This document shows positions 28,007 through 36,709 of a stretch of DNA of 43,908 nucleotides, piece by piece. Position 1 is the stretch's first letter; every line of letters begins with the position of its first letter. A program made the position numbers and the translations under genes. Under the pieces are notes generated by a model. That model was not told the origin of the DNA and searched no databases. It saw only the letters and a list, made by a program, of their open reading frames with translations. Origin of the DNA: an uncultured bacterium (GTDB lineage Bacteria; Omnitrophota; Omnitrophia; Omnitrophales; Aquincolibacteriaceae); contig CAYRBY010000009.1 in NCBI GenBank assembly GCA_964422635.1, positions 1 to 43,908 of the forward strand, given 5' to 3'.

Positions 28007-29091
28007 TAACGAACCTTGAGGGTGCTGAGGCCTGCGACCGCAAGGATCAATGCAATGATCCACAACCGGATCGTGACCTTAGATTCCGGCCACCCCTTAA
28101 GCTGGAGGTGATGATGAAAAGGAGACATTAGAAAGACGCGCTTTTTGGTGAGCTTAAAACTCGTTACTTGTATGATTACCGAGAGCGCCTCCCAGACAAA
28201 AACCCCGCCCACAATCATAAGCATGAGTTCCTTTTTAATAAGAACGGCTACGGCACCTAATGCTCCCCCCAATGCCAGGGAGCCCGTGTCTCCCATAATC
28301 ACTTCTGCTGGGTAGGAATTAAACCAAAGAAAACCGGCGCTGGCTCCCACCAAAGCAGAACAAAAAACAGTTACTTCTCCAGCTTCAGGAATATGGGATA
28401 TCGCAAGGTAATGTGCAAATTCGGCATGACCAACAATATAGGTCACGATTGAGAATGCACCAATGCAGAACAAGGTACACCCGACAGCAAGGCCGTCAAG
28501 ACCATCCGTGAGATTCAAGGCATTCGAGGAACCTACAAGAACCAGCACAACAAAAGGAATAAAAAGAAGCCCGATCGACACGGTTTCCTGCTTCAAAAAA
28601 GGGATATAGATGCGCAGGTCAAAGGAGGGGTCAAAATAGAGAAAGCAGCCAAGAGCTAATCCGATAATAAGCTGTCCGTAGAATTTGGTCTTGGAACTCA
28701 GCCCTTTTGAGCTTTTAGATTTGAGTTTTATCCAATCGTCCAGAAACCCAACTCCGGCAAATCCTGTCATAACAAGGATCAGGATCCACACAAATCTGTT
28801 TGTAAAATTGCCCCAAAGAAGCATGGAAGTGAGAACGCTGGCGACAATAAGAATCCCCCCCATGGTCGGAACATTTTTCTTGCCCGCATAGAAGGCATGA
28901 ATAGCTTGCGCATGCTCCCTCTGCTGATGCGCCGTGGCGTTCAGTCTTTTAAGCCATTCAATAATATGAGGACCTATGAAAATGCAAAAAAGAAAGGCCG
29001 TAATACTGGCTCCAGCAGAGCGAAAAGTTATGTAGCGGAAAAGATTAAAAAAAATCGAAACATCTTTGAAGGGATAAAGGAAATAAAGCAT
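28006..29091 (-). CDS. mraY: phospho-N-acetylmuramoyl-pentapeptide transferase
   Basis: 361 aa, polytopic. NLTDGLDGLA, GDTGSLALGG and MSPFHHH motifs are present. Confidence 0.95.
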   Translation of the reverse strand: MLYFLYPFKDVSIFFNLFRYITFRSAGASITAFLFCIFIGPHIIEWLKRLNATAHQQREHAQAIHAFYAGKKNVPTMGGILIVASVLTSMLLWGNFTNRFVWILILVMTGFAGVGFLDDWIKLKSKSSKGLSSKTKFYGQLIIGLALGCFLYFDPSFDLRIYIPFLKQETVSIGLLFIPFVVLVLVGSSNALNLTDGLDGLAVGCTLFCIGAFSIVTYIVGHAEFAHYLAISHIPEAGEVTVFCSALVGASAGFLWFNSYPAEVIMGDTGSLALGGALGAVAVLIKKELMLMIVGGVFVWEALSVIIQVTSFKLTKKRVFLMSPFHHHLQLKGWPESKVTIRLWIIALILAVAGLSTLKVR

Positions 29092-29143
29092 GGCAACCGT
29101 TCTAAATTAAGATGCGGGTGAATGTTGTGGTTAAAATTGTCCT

Positions 29144-29173
29144 CTTATATCGTCATTTGGAACTAAATTTCAA
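29144..29173 (-). promoter_or_regulatory. candidate internal promoter in the murF-mraY gap
   Basis: On the minus strand: TTGAAA (29173..29168), an 18-nt spacer, then TATAAG (29149..29144). It lies inside the only sizeable gap (94 nt) of the dcw cluster. Confidence 0.35.
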
Positions 29174-29185
29174 GGGGCTTATGAT

Positions 29186-30610
29186 TCAAATCCTTAAAAC
29201 CGTTCTGGCAAAGCGGCTGTCTGCCTCAAGGCTCTGAAGGACTCTTTCGATTTTCATTCCGCGGGAAGCTTTCATCAAAACCATGTCACCGGGTTTAAGA
29301 AAGACGGCAAGATGGCGGGCCAAAGAATCTGCGCTTTCAAAATGGCCCGACTCACCACGCACAGCTTTTTCCTTGAACCCCTGAATGACGGCACGTGACT
29401 CAGGCCCATAAGCAAAAATGGCATCCAGTTCCCTCTCGGCAGCCTTTTCACCAATCTGCCGGTGAAAAGCTTCCGATTCCTCACCCAGCTCTAGCATGTC
29501 GGAAACAACTGCAATCCGCCGGCCCTCCAGAGGAAGTGACGCAAAAGTCTCTAAAGCCTTTTCGCAGGCCTTAGGACTAGAGTTGTAGCCGTCGAAAATA
29601 ACACGTACTCCACCGCCCAGATTCTTCACCGAAAAGCGTCCCTCCGGCAGACAAAAACCTTCCCAGCGCTCCGGAAGCTTCGCAAGATCAACACCGAGCG
29701 CTTCGGCCATCAAAAGTGCCATGGCCGCATTTAGAACTAAAAATGAGGCGAGCCCTGGAAAAGCGAATTGGAATTGATCCCGAAAGCAAAAAGACACCCA
29801 CCCGTCATCAATACGAACTGCCGAAATTTTCCCGTTCAGGCTTCCGGGACTTCCCGCTCGGCGAATCGAAAGATCCAAAGCATCAACCAAGGCATCGAGA
29901 TGAGAATCTCCCGAAGATATAACTGCCGGGGCTTGTGAAGGCAACGCCCGGAGTAAATCCGTTTTCGTTTGATAAATAGTTTCAAGACTTCCAAAACCTT
30001 TAAGGTGGACAGGAGCGACACAGGTGAGAATTCCAGCTGTGGGTTTAAGTATTTTACATAGGAAGGCAATATCCCCCCGAGCATTGGCACCGATCTCGGC
30101 CACGCAAAAACGGTGTTCCTTGGTTAAATTCAGCAGCGTAAGAGGCAGGCCAAGATGATTGTTCAGGTTGCCGCGAGTCGCAAGCACGGAGCCCTCACCG
30201 GCAAAAGCTTGAAGGAGATACTGCAAAAATTCCTTTGTACTGGTTTTGCCGACACTTCCTGTAATGCCAATAAATGGTATAGAGCATTGGCTTCTGCGCC
30301 AAGCCGCTATCTCGGCCAACGCTATTTCAGGATTTTCAACCACCAGGAGATTCTTGAACCCCTCAGGCGCAGGACGATTCTGAATCTCTTCTTCATAAAA
30401 AGTACTGGAAACAACAGCTGAGGAGGCGCCTAGCCTAAAAGCTTCGGGTAAAAAAGCATGTCCGTCCGTTTGGGTTCCCGGAAGAGCAAAAAAACAATCC
30501 CCTGGTTTTAGGCTGCGTGTATCGATGGATGCGCCGGAAGCCCGCGTTTCAGAGTCTGCAAATACAAGCTTGGCGCCGATTGCCTTTGCAGCGTCAGGAA
30601 GAGAAAACAC
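29186..30610 (-). CDS. murF: UDP-N-acetylmuramoyl-tripeptide--D-alanyl-D-alanine ligase
   Basis: 474 aa with a GTG start overlapping murE by 17 nt. GITGSVGKTSTKE is present and the layout is that of a Mur ligase. Confidence 0.9.
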   Translation of the reverse strand: MFSLPDAAKAIGAKLVFADSETRASGASIDTRSLKPGDCFFALPGTQTDGHAFLPEAFRLGASSAVVSSTFYEEEIQNRPAPEGFKNLLVVENPEIALAEIAAWRRSQCSIPFIGITGSVGKTSTKEFLQYLLQAFAGEGSVLATRGNLNNHLGLPLTLLNLTKEHRFCVAEIGANARGDIAFLCKILKPTAGILTCVAPVHLKGFGSLETIYQTKTDLLRALPSQAPAVISSGDSHLDALVDALDLSIRRAGSPGSLNGKISAVRIDDGWVSFCFRDQFQFAFPGLASFLVLNAAMALLMAEALGVDLAKLPERWEGFCLPEGRFSVKNLGGGVRVIFDGYNSSPKACEKALETFASLPLEGRRIAVVSDMLELGEESEAFHRQIGEKAAERELDAIFAYGPESRAVIQGFKEKAVRGESGHFESADSLARHLAVFLKPGDMVLMKASRGMKIERVLQSLEADSRFARTVLRI

Positions 30611-32075
30611 GGGTTTTCCTTTTCAGGGCGTCCCGTGCGACCTGGCGGTCATCAAACGGAATTTTACGGTCACCAAGAATTTGGTAATCTTCATGCCCTT
30701 TACCGAGAATCATCACAATGTCCCCGGGTTCTGCAAGGGAAATGGCTTTTTGAATGGCAGACTCACGATCCAGGTCTTCTACAATCCGGCAGGAAGACTC
30801 TTCCTTAGGCAGGCCCTTTTTCATATCTTTCAAAATAGCATCAGGATCCTCTGATCTCGGATTGTCAGTTGTCAGAATAGCGATATCTGAATAACGCGCC
30901 GCTGAACGAGTCATAAGCGGGCGCTTTTCCTTATCACGGTCACCACCGCAGCCAAACACTGTAATAATTTTGTTCGTTGCAAGCTGCCGAGATTCACTCA
31001 AAACCCGCTCAAATGCATCCGGAGTATGTGCATAGTCCACAAAGACATCAACATCGCCAGATTGCCCCACCCTTTCAAGCCGCCCCGGAATTCCAGGGAT
31101 TTCACGGAGAACATCACGATAGTCTTCCGGATCAAACCCTAACAGATCAAGTCCGCCCAGCACACACAAAAGATTGGCAACGTTGTGCCGCATCGGGAGT
31201 CGTATGTTAAAAGGAATCTTACGGCCCCGGTAACAGAGATTGAACTGGCTGCCTTGAAACGAGATCTGGATGTCCCGGGCTGAATAATCAGCATCGCCTT
31301 CAAGACTGTAGCTTTTCGTTTCAGGAAACTCGGCAAGCAGCCGGCGCCCGTAAGGACAATCTTTATTGATCAAACTATGTTTCGGTCTGGGCGAAACGCT
31401 GAAAAGCTGGCGCTTCGCGAGAAAATAATTTTCAAGGTTCTTGTGATAATCGAGATGGTCCTGGGTAAGCTGTGTAAACAGGGCGAGTTCAAATTCCAGC
31501 CCATGAATGCGGCGCTGATCAAGAGCATGCGAAGATGCCTCCATCACGCAATAACGGACATCCGCTTTTCTCATATCGTTCAAGAGAGGAATCAAAACTT
31601 CAGCACCCGGAGTGGTGTTGACAGCTGCGATTTTCTGGTTTGGCAGTTCATACCATAGCGTTCCGACATATGCAGCGCTCATAGTTTTTCCAATGAGCTT
31701 GTGCATGAGATAGGCAATCGTCGTTTTTCCGTTAGTACCTGTAACACCTATGAGTTTTACGGAGTGATCCGGATTGCCGTAAAAGCGCTTCAAAAGTTCC
31801 GACAGCGCTGCTTGGGAGTTTGGAACCTGAACTCCAGTCACGGCCGGAGGAATAACAAAAGTCGGCGAGTTTTCAAAGACAAGGACGGAGGCATTAGCAT
31901 AAATTGCCTGGGTCAAAAAGTCATGTCCGTCCATACGGGAACCATGACAGGCCACAAAAACATCGCCTTTTTCTACAGCTCTCGAATCAGATGTGATCTT
32001 GCCAAAACTTTTGTGGGGTGCCCAATTGAATTTCTTGACCGTCGGGATGCCTTCAAAAAGTTGTTCGAGTTTCAC
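30594..32075 (-). CDS. murE: UDP-N-acetylmuramoyl-L-alanyl-D-glutamate--2,6-diaminopimelate ligase
   Basis: 493 aa with a GTG start preceded by GGGAGGA. GVTGTNGKTT and a DNPR motif (TTDNPRSEDP) are present. DNPR is the motif associated with mDAP-adding MurE. Confidence 0.9.
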   Translation of the reverse strand: MKLEQLFEGIPTVKKFNWAPHKSFGKITSDSRAVEKGDVFVACHGSRMDGHDFLTQAIYANASVLVFENSPTFVIPPAVTGVQVPNSQAALSELLKRFYGNPDHSVKLIGVTGTNGKTTIAYLMHKLIGKTMSAAYVGTLWYELPNQKIAAVNTTPGAEVLIPLLNDMRKADVRYCVMEASSHALDQRRIHGLEFELALFTQLTQDHLDYHKNLENYFLAKRQLFSVSPRPKHSLINKDCPYGRRLLAEFPETKSYSLEGDADYSARDIQISFQGSQFNLCYRGRKIPFNIRLPMRHNVANLLCVLGGLDLLGFDPEDYRDVLREIPGIPGRLERVGQSGDVDVFVDYAHTPDAFERVLSESRQLATNKIITVFGCGGDRDKEKRPLMTRSAARYSDIAILTTDNPRSEDPDAILKDMKKGLPKEESSCRIVEDLDRESAIQKAISLAEPGDIVMILGKGHEDYQILGDRKIPFDDRQVARDALKRKTRVFSS

Positions 32076-32108
32076 GCTTTCCTCCCTTAATGGAGTGATG
32101 CAACCAGC

Positions 32109-32591
32109 TTAGGCGCTGCGTCCGATTTGAAACTGCAGCTCCGGTGACTTTACCCGAAGCGCAGAAATTTCTTTAAGTCCATCTTTATCAAATAAAAGAT
32201 CGGCAAAAAAATCATCAACCGTAATTTTAGGCTTCGATCCAATCTGAGCAAGCTCCCCAAGCAAAGTAACCGGAAGTTTTTGCCCGTTCAGTTTGACCCG
32301 GATCCCCTTCCCAGATACCAGGCTCCCGAGATCATAATGCACGGTGACATCTCCGGATTGCAGGCTCACTTTATTGTCCCAAGTCAAAGCAGCATCACGG
32401 ATTACAAACGATGTCTGAAAGAAGCGGGGTTCAAACCGCCCGTTCACGGGAACTTTCAACGACCGTTCCAGACGCTGGAAGATCCAAAATCCCATGACCG
32501 GCGCTGCCAAAGCTCCAAACAACAACAAACAGCAGCACGCAACAAGGACTTTTGTCTTCACGGCTGATCCCGCATGAACCGGACGTATCAA
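32109..32591 (-). CDS. hypothetical bitopic membrane protein
   Basis: 160-aa ORF starting at TTG in a TTGA overlap with the upstream stop. It has one TM helix (VLVACCCLLLFGALAAPVMGFWIF) and a beta-rich ectodomain. I recognise no family, and the start is uncertain. Confidence 0.5.
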   Translation of the reverse strand: MIRPVHAGSAVKTKVLVACCCLLLFGALAAPVMGFWIFQRLERSLKVPVNGRFEPRFFQTSFVIRDAALTWDNKVSLQSGDVTVHYDLGSLVSGKGIRVKLNGQKLPVTLLGELAQIGSKPKITVDDFFADLLFDKDGLKEISALRVKSPELQFQIGRSA

Positions 32592-33277
32592 GAGGCGACC
32601 TTATTGGGCGAAATTACAATTTCTACGCGCCGATTTTTTTGGCGTCCTTCATAAGAACCGTTATCGGATATCGGATGAAACTCCCCGTAGCCCACAGCAG
32701 CTATACGGCGGGGGTCAATCCCGAGCTGATCGACAAACAAGTGCACAACTTCCGTCGATCGAGCCGTTGACAGTTCCCAGTTGGACCGCCAGCTGGAAAA
32801 GCGGATAGGAACGTTATCCGTATGGCCTTCGACATAAACCATATTCTCTCGAACCCTGTCAGAGAGAATTGAGGCCACGGTCTGGAGAGTCGTAAGGGCT
32901 TCGGGCTTCAACTCCGACTTTCCCGAATCAAAAAGAATACGGTCTAAAACAGTTACCACTAACCCGCGGGCCTCCATCGATACGGATGCATCCCCCGAAG
33001 CGACTTGCCCCTGAAGCTGGCTTTCCAAATCGTTCTTGGCCCTCGCCAAATCATCACGAGAAGAGAAGACCTGATCTAATTCATGATTCAGACGAGCGAT
33101 CTCTTCATTCAAAGCAACAATCGTTGCCGCTTGTTCTTGAGAGGTCTGCGATGTTTGGAGAGCTGCTTTAGCTGGCTTTGTTTCGCGAGAGGATGAGCAC
33201 CCAGAAAAAACTATGCTTAGAGACACTCCAAGAATTCCAAAAAAACGAAACGCCGAAATACGGCTTTGAAACTCCAT
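32588..33277 (-). CDS. OmpA/MotB-family peptidoglycan-binding lipoprotein with coiled-coil linker
   Basis: ORF 32588..33310 (TTG). ATG 33277 gives MEFQSRISAFRFFGILGVSLSIVFSGC (lipobox). A coiled coil follows, then an OmpA_C-like domain: FDSGKSEL...VEGHTDNVPI...SNWELSTARS...NRRVEIVI. Confidence 0.8.
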   Translation of the reverse strand: MEFQSRISAFRFFGILGVSLSIVFSGCSSSRETKPAKAALQTSQTSQEQAATIVALNEEIARLNHELDQVFSSRDDLARAKNDLESQLQGQVASGDASVSMEARGLVVTVLDRILFDSGKSELKPEALTTLQTVASILSDRVRENMVYVEGHTDNVPIRFSSWRSNWELSTARSTEVVHLFVDQLGIDPRRIAAVGYGEFHPISDNGSYEGRQKNRRVEIVISPNKVAS

Positions 33278-33405
33278 GAGGATGAATCTCCGGTCAAAAC
33301 GTGAGGGCAATGCAACACGGTTATTCTAGACATTTTAAGTGAAAAGAAAAGCACGAAAATAAAAAAAATCTTCGTTTTTTTTGGAGAGATGCGAGATTTT
33401 AAAAA

Positions 33406-34980
33406 TTAGACTGAAAGAGCTGCGGCAGAACTGCTTTCGCGGGATTTTTTAGGGGCCCGAATGATGGCTTTCAACTTATCATGAATTTCTTTATTCCTGG
33501 CAACTTTGAGGAAGCAATCTACGACACGGGGGTCGAATTGTGTCCCGCTATTGGTTTGGATCTCCTTAAGCGCCTGCTCAACGGTCATGGAATCGCGGTA
33601 GGAACGCTCCGAAATCATCGCAATAAAGGAATCTACTATCGCCACAATGCGTGCGCCAATGGGGATTTCCTCTCCCCTTAGCCCCTGAGGGTACCCCTTT
33701 CCATCATAGCGCTCCCGGTGATGGAGGACGATGGGCAGCACAGGCTTTAAAGAGGAGATAGAGCTCAAAAGACTGGCGCCCCGCATAGGAATCCTCCTAA
33801 TAATAGCCACCTCCTTTTTAGTCAGTTTGCCCTTTTTCTTGAGAATATCCTCAGGAAAAGCCAAAGCTCCGGCATCTCGAAGCATAATGGCACGCTGAAT
33901 ATGAATGAGTTCCCGACCGGAGAGCTGAAGCTCGCGGCCTATCTCCATAATCACTTCTCCTAAAACAGCCAGATGCGTCCGGTCAGCTCCGCCTTTAAGT
34001 TCCAATAGCTCATTGATCGTTTTGATACTTCCGAGTGTCAGCTGTTCCGTTTCTTCAAAGAGCTGAGCATTTTTAATCGCCGTGACAGCTTGTTCCGAAA
34101 GCGACTTCAAAATCTCCAAATCCGTCTTCGTAAAGGGCTGATTATCCACTTTATCCCAAAGACAAAGAACACCAACGATGTCCTCTTCGATAAAAGGGAC
34201 TGCGATCGATCTCCGGTTCAGATGAAACTCCCCCGTGTCTGCAATTTTGCCTTCGAGACCACGCCCAATCCGAACGCGCTGCTTATGAACAAAGCGCTTA
34301 CTGTCCCCGAATGAAAAAGCCGGAAGCAGGTATTCATGATTGGAATCGATCAGCATGATGGAGCATCCCTTGGCTTTAAGGACCTGTGCGCTCAAACGGC
34401 CAATCCTCGGAAGCAGGTCTTTAAGGCGTATGGAGGCACTTATAACCCTGTGGACAGAATGCATGGTTGAAAGAGCCAACGCTCGAGGGTGAACCGTTTC
34501 GTAAAAGTTATTAAGTTCAAAATTTTTATAGGCCAGTTCGAGTTGACAGACTAAAAAGTAATTGAAGGGCGCGAGGAAAGGATCGTATTTGGGTTTGTTC
34601 TCTTTGAGAGACGTCAGTAAAAGAAAAGCTCGCAGCTTGCCAAGGTGGCGAAGCGCAAAAATAACGCCGGACTTTCCGAATGCGTCCTTGAAGAAAGACG
34701 GAAAATGCGGGAGACTTTCGCTTTGACTAACCAGCATTTCACAGTATTTGCGGAGAAACGCTTCCGTACTTTGCTGGTTAGATTTTGACGCAGCATAGAA
34801 GGAGCAGTGATCCTTACGGTCGAGACGAATAAGTTGACTGCGATCCCCCTTATCAACAATATAAATCCAACCTAAGGGGCGGCCAAAAAGCTGATTAAAC
34901 GATTTGTAACCTTCCTGCCAATCGGGATTGGGCAGAAGGAATCGCTCAATAACTGTTTGCTTGTTCTTCGCTTCAGACAT
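33406..34980 (-). CDS. GAF domain / HD-GYP domain protein (HD dyad apparently degenerate)
   Basis: ORF 33406..34983 (TTG, then ATG 34980). It has an unassigned N-terminal region of ~190 aa and a GAF-like middle (GCSIMLID...LGKIADTGE...VGVLCLWDK). The C-terminus carries HHRERYDGKGYPQGLRGEEIPIGARIVAIVDSF. Confidence 0.85.
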   Translation of the reverse strand: MSEAKNKQTVIERFLLPNPDWQEGYKSFNQLFGRPLGWIYIVDKGDRSQLIRLDRKDHCSFYAASKSNQQSTEAFLRKYCEMLVSQSESLPHFPSFFKDAFGKSGVIFALRHLGKLRAFLLLTSLKENKPKYDPFLAPFNYFLVCQLELAYKNFELNNFYETVHPRALALSTMHSVHRVISASIRLKDLLPRIGRLSAQVLKAKGCSIMLIDSNHEYLLPAFSFGDSKRFVHKQRVRIGRGLEGKIADTGEFHLNRRSIAVPFIEEDIVGVLCLWDKVDNQPFTKTDLEILKSLSEQAVTAIKNAQLFEETEQLTLGSIKTINELLELKGGADRTHLAVLGEVIMEIGRELQLSGRELIHIQRAIMLRDAGALAFPEDILKKKGKLTKKEVAIIRRIPMRGASLLSSISSLKPVLPIVLHHRERYDGKGYPQGLRGEEIPIGARIVAIVDSFIAMISERSYRDSMTVEQALKEIQTNSGTQFDPRVVDCFLKVARNKEIHDKLKAIIRAPKKSRESSSAAALSV

Positions 34981-35069
34981 CAAGAAGTCAGCCTCCCTGT
35001 CTTCATGGTCACAGCTTCTAACATCTAATTTTTACATAGCTTATGAATAAAGTCACGCCCTAGTTAGGG

Positions 35070-36209
35070 TTAGGCAAAGATTTCATGCGGTTCAAACAAA
35101 CGTTTGTATTCTTGGACAGCAAAACGGTCCGTCATACCCGCCAAATAGTCACAAATCACCCTTCGAATCCCCTCTTTTTCGACACGTCGAATGACATCCG
35201 GCGGTAAAAGCTTGGGCTTTCCTAAATAAGCTTCAAAGAGCGCCTTAATAAACCGTTGACCTTTGTCTGTCATTCTTACGACATGGTAATGCTGATAGAG
35301 GTTTTTCATAAGGAACTTTTTAAGTTCCACGTGACGGCGAGCCATATCGGGGGAAAAAGCAATAATCTTTTTTTGGGTCTTCTGAAGCTCCTTAACGGAC
35401 TGAATTCCTGACAAAGTAATCAGGCGTTTAGAATGCTGCACGACGTCCATGACCATATAATTCAGAATGCACCGGATCATGGCCGGCCGAAAAGAGGCCG
35501 GCTTGTATCGAAACTTTTTCTTTTCCAAATCACGCTTTGCCATAATCCAGAGAGATACGCCTGAAAGCATTTCCTCATCAAGCAGTCCCGCCCTTAACCC
35601 GTCATCCAGATCGTGGCTGCAGTAGGCAATCTCATCGGCGAGGTCGACAAGATCCCCCTCAAGGGTTCTGAATCTTTTCTCCCTTTTACGATAAAACCTC
35701 TCCGGGTGTTTCTTTAGACCTTCAAGCGTTTCAAAGCTCAAATTCAGGCCCTGAAAGTCCGAGTAGCGCTCTTCTAAAACTTCCACAATTCGGAGGCTTT
35801 GAACATTGTGTTCAAAGCCTCCGTGGGATTGCATCATCTCTTTGAGCGCCCATTCGCCAGCATGTCCAAAAGGCCCGTGCCCAAGGTCATGAGCCAAAGC
35901 GACAGCCTCCACAAGATCTTCATTCAAACGGAGCGCCCGGGCCAAAGTCCGTCCAATTTGACACGTTTCCAGTGTATGCGTGAGACGAGTCCGGAAATGA
36001 TCTCCTTCGTGATTGACAAACACCTGGGTCTTGTATTGCAAGCGGCGGAAAGCAGTGGAGTAAAGGATGCGATCCCTGTCGCGCTGGAAACAGGAACGAA
36101 TTTCGTGTTCCGTCTCAGGATGTTTTCGTCCGAGTGAAAACTCCGGATGAACAGCGTAGTCTGCAAGTGATAAAAGCTGAGGTTTGCGAATGACTGCCTT
36201 CCGGTTCAA
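35070..36209 (-). CDS. dGTPase-like (deoxyguanosinetriphosphate triphosphohydrolase family) HD-domain hydrolase
   Basis: 379 aa with a TTG start in a TTGA overlap with the HIT stop. FQRDRDRILYSTAFRRLQYKTQVF, RLTHTLE and ALAHDLGHGPFGH are present. Confidence 0.85.
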   Translation of the reverse strand: MNRKAVIRKPQLLSLADYAVHPEFSLGRKHPETEHEIRSCFQRDRDRILYSTAFRRLQYKTQVFVNHEGDHFRTRLTHTLETCQIGRTLARALRLNEDLVEAVALAHDLGHGPFGHAGEWALKEMMQSHGGFEHNVQSLRIVEVLEERYSDFQGLNLSFETLEGLKKHPERFYRKREKRFRTLEGDLVDLADEIAYCSHDLDDGLRAGLLDEEMLSGVSLWIMAKRDLEKKKFRYKPASFRPAMIRCILNYMVMDVVQHSKRLITLSGIQSVKELQKTQKKIIAFSPDMARRHVELKKFLMKNLYQHYHVVRMTDKGQRFIKALFEAYLGKPKLLPPDVIRRVEKEGIRRVICDYLAGMTDRFAVQEYKRLFEPHEIFA

Positions 36210-36709
36210 CGCCGGGAATCCTTCTTAGCTTTGAGCTGTTGAGACAGCTCCTGGTACACGGAGTCAAGTGATTCGGAAATCACTTTTGTCGCACCAACGA
36301 CCGGCATGAAGTTAGCATCCCCCCTCCACCTGGGAACAACATGCAGGTGCAAATGCTCCGGAAGGCCCGCGCCTGCGGAAGCTCCCAGATTAATCCCGAG
36401 ATTGAAGCCGTGAGCTTTCATCCGTGTCGCCAAAGCAGCCTTCACTTTTTCGCACAGCTCAAGAAGATCCAGCTTCTCCTCAGGCTTCAGATCCGAAAGA
36501 TCCGGCACATGCCGGCGGGGAATGATGAGGGTATGACCATTATTGTAGGGATAAAGATTCAGAATGGCAAAACTGTGTTCGGTTCTTGCGAGGATGTAAT
36601 TACGGACGTCCTTTTTTTCTTTCAGGAGTCCACAAAAAAGACAACCTTTACGAGGCTTGCGGTCAGCCCGAATATACGCCTTCCGCCAAGGTGCCCAAAT
36701 TCGATCCAT
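36206..36709 (-). CDS. HIT-family nucleotide hydrolase/transferase
   Basis: ORF 36206..36727. ATG 36709 is preceded by AGGA. The product starts MDRIWAPWRKAYI, has CLFC, and carries the histidine triad HLHLHVVPRW. Confidence 0.85.
   Translation of the reverse strand: MDRIWAPWRKAYIRADRKPRKGCLFCGLLKEKKDVRNYILARTEHSFAILNLYPYNNGHTLIIPRRHVPDLSDLKPEEKLDLLELCEKVKAALATRMKAHGFNLGINLGASAGAGLPEHLHLHVVPRWRGDANFMPVVGATKVISESLDSVYQELSQQLKAKKDSRR

Noticed and set aside
27338-28009. 223-aa plus-strand ORF antisense to murD. It is the longest antisense ORF in the window.
   Set aside because: It lies entirely inside a well-supported murD reading frame and starts with TTG. Its product is low-complexity (runs of N, G, F, P, R) with no recognisable motif. 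It is most simply a stop-free antisense frame produced by codon bias.
25576-28063. Long N-terminal extensions in the ORF track (murG from 25641, murD from 28063; similarly purQ, murB, GST, protease and the OmpA-like gene).
   Set aside because: The extensions overlap upstream genes and lack homology to the family N-termini. Internal ATGs that coincide with conserved N-terminal motifs, or with stop/start coupling, are preferred.
35057-35069. Palindrome CCCTAGTTAGGG just after the dGTPase-like gene, considered as a terminator.
   Set aside because: The effective stem is 4-5 bp with a 2-4-nt loop, and no U-tract follows on the minus strand.
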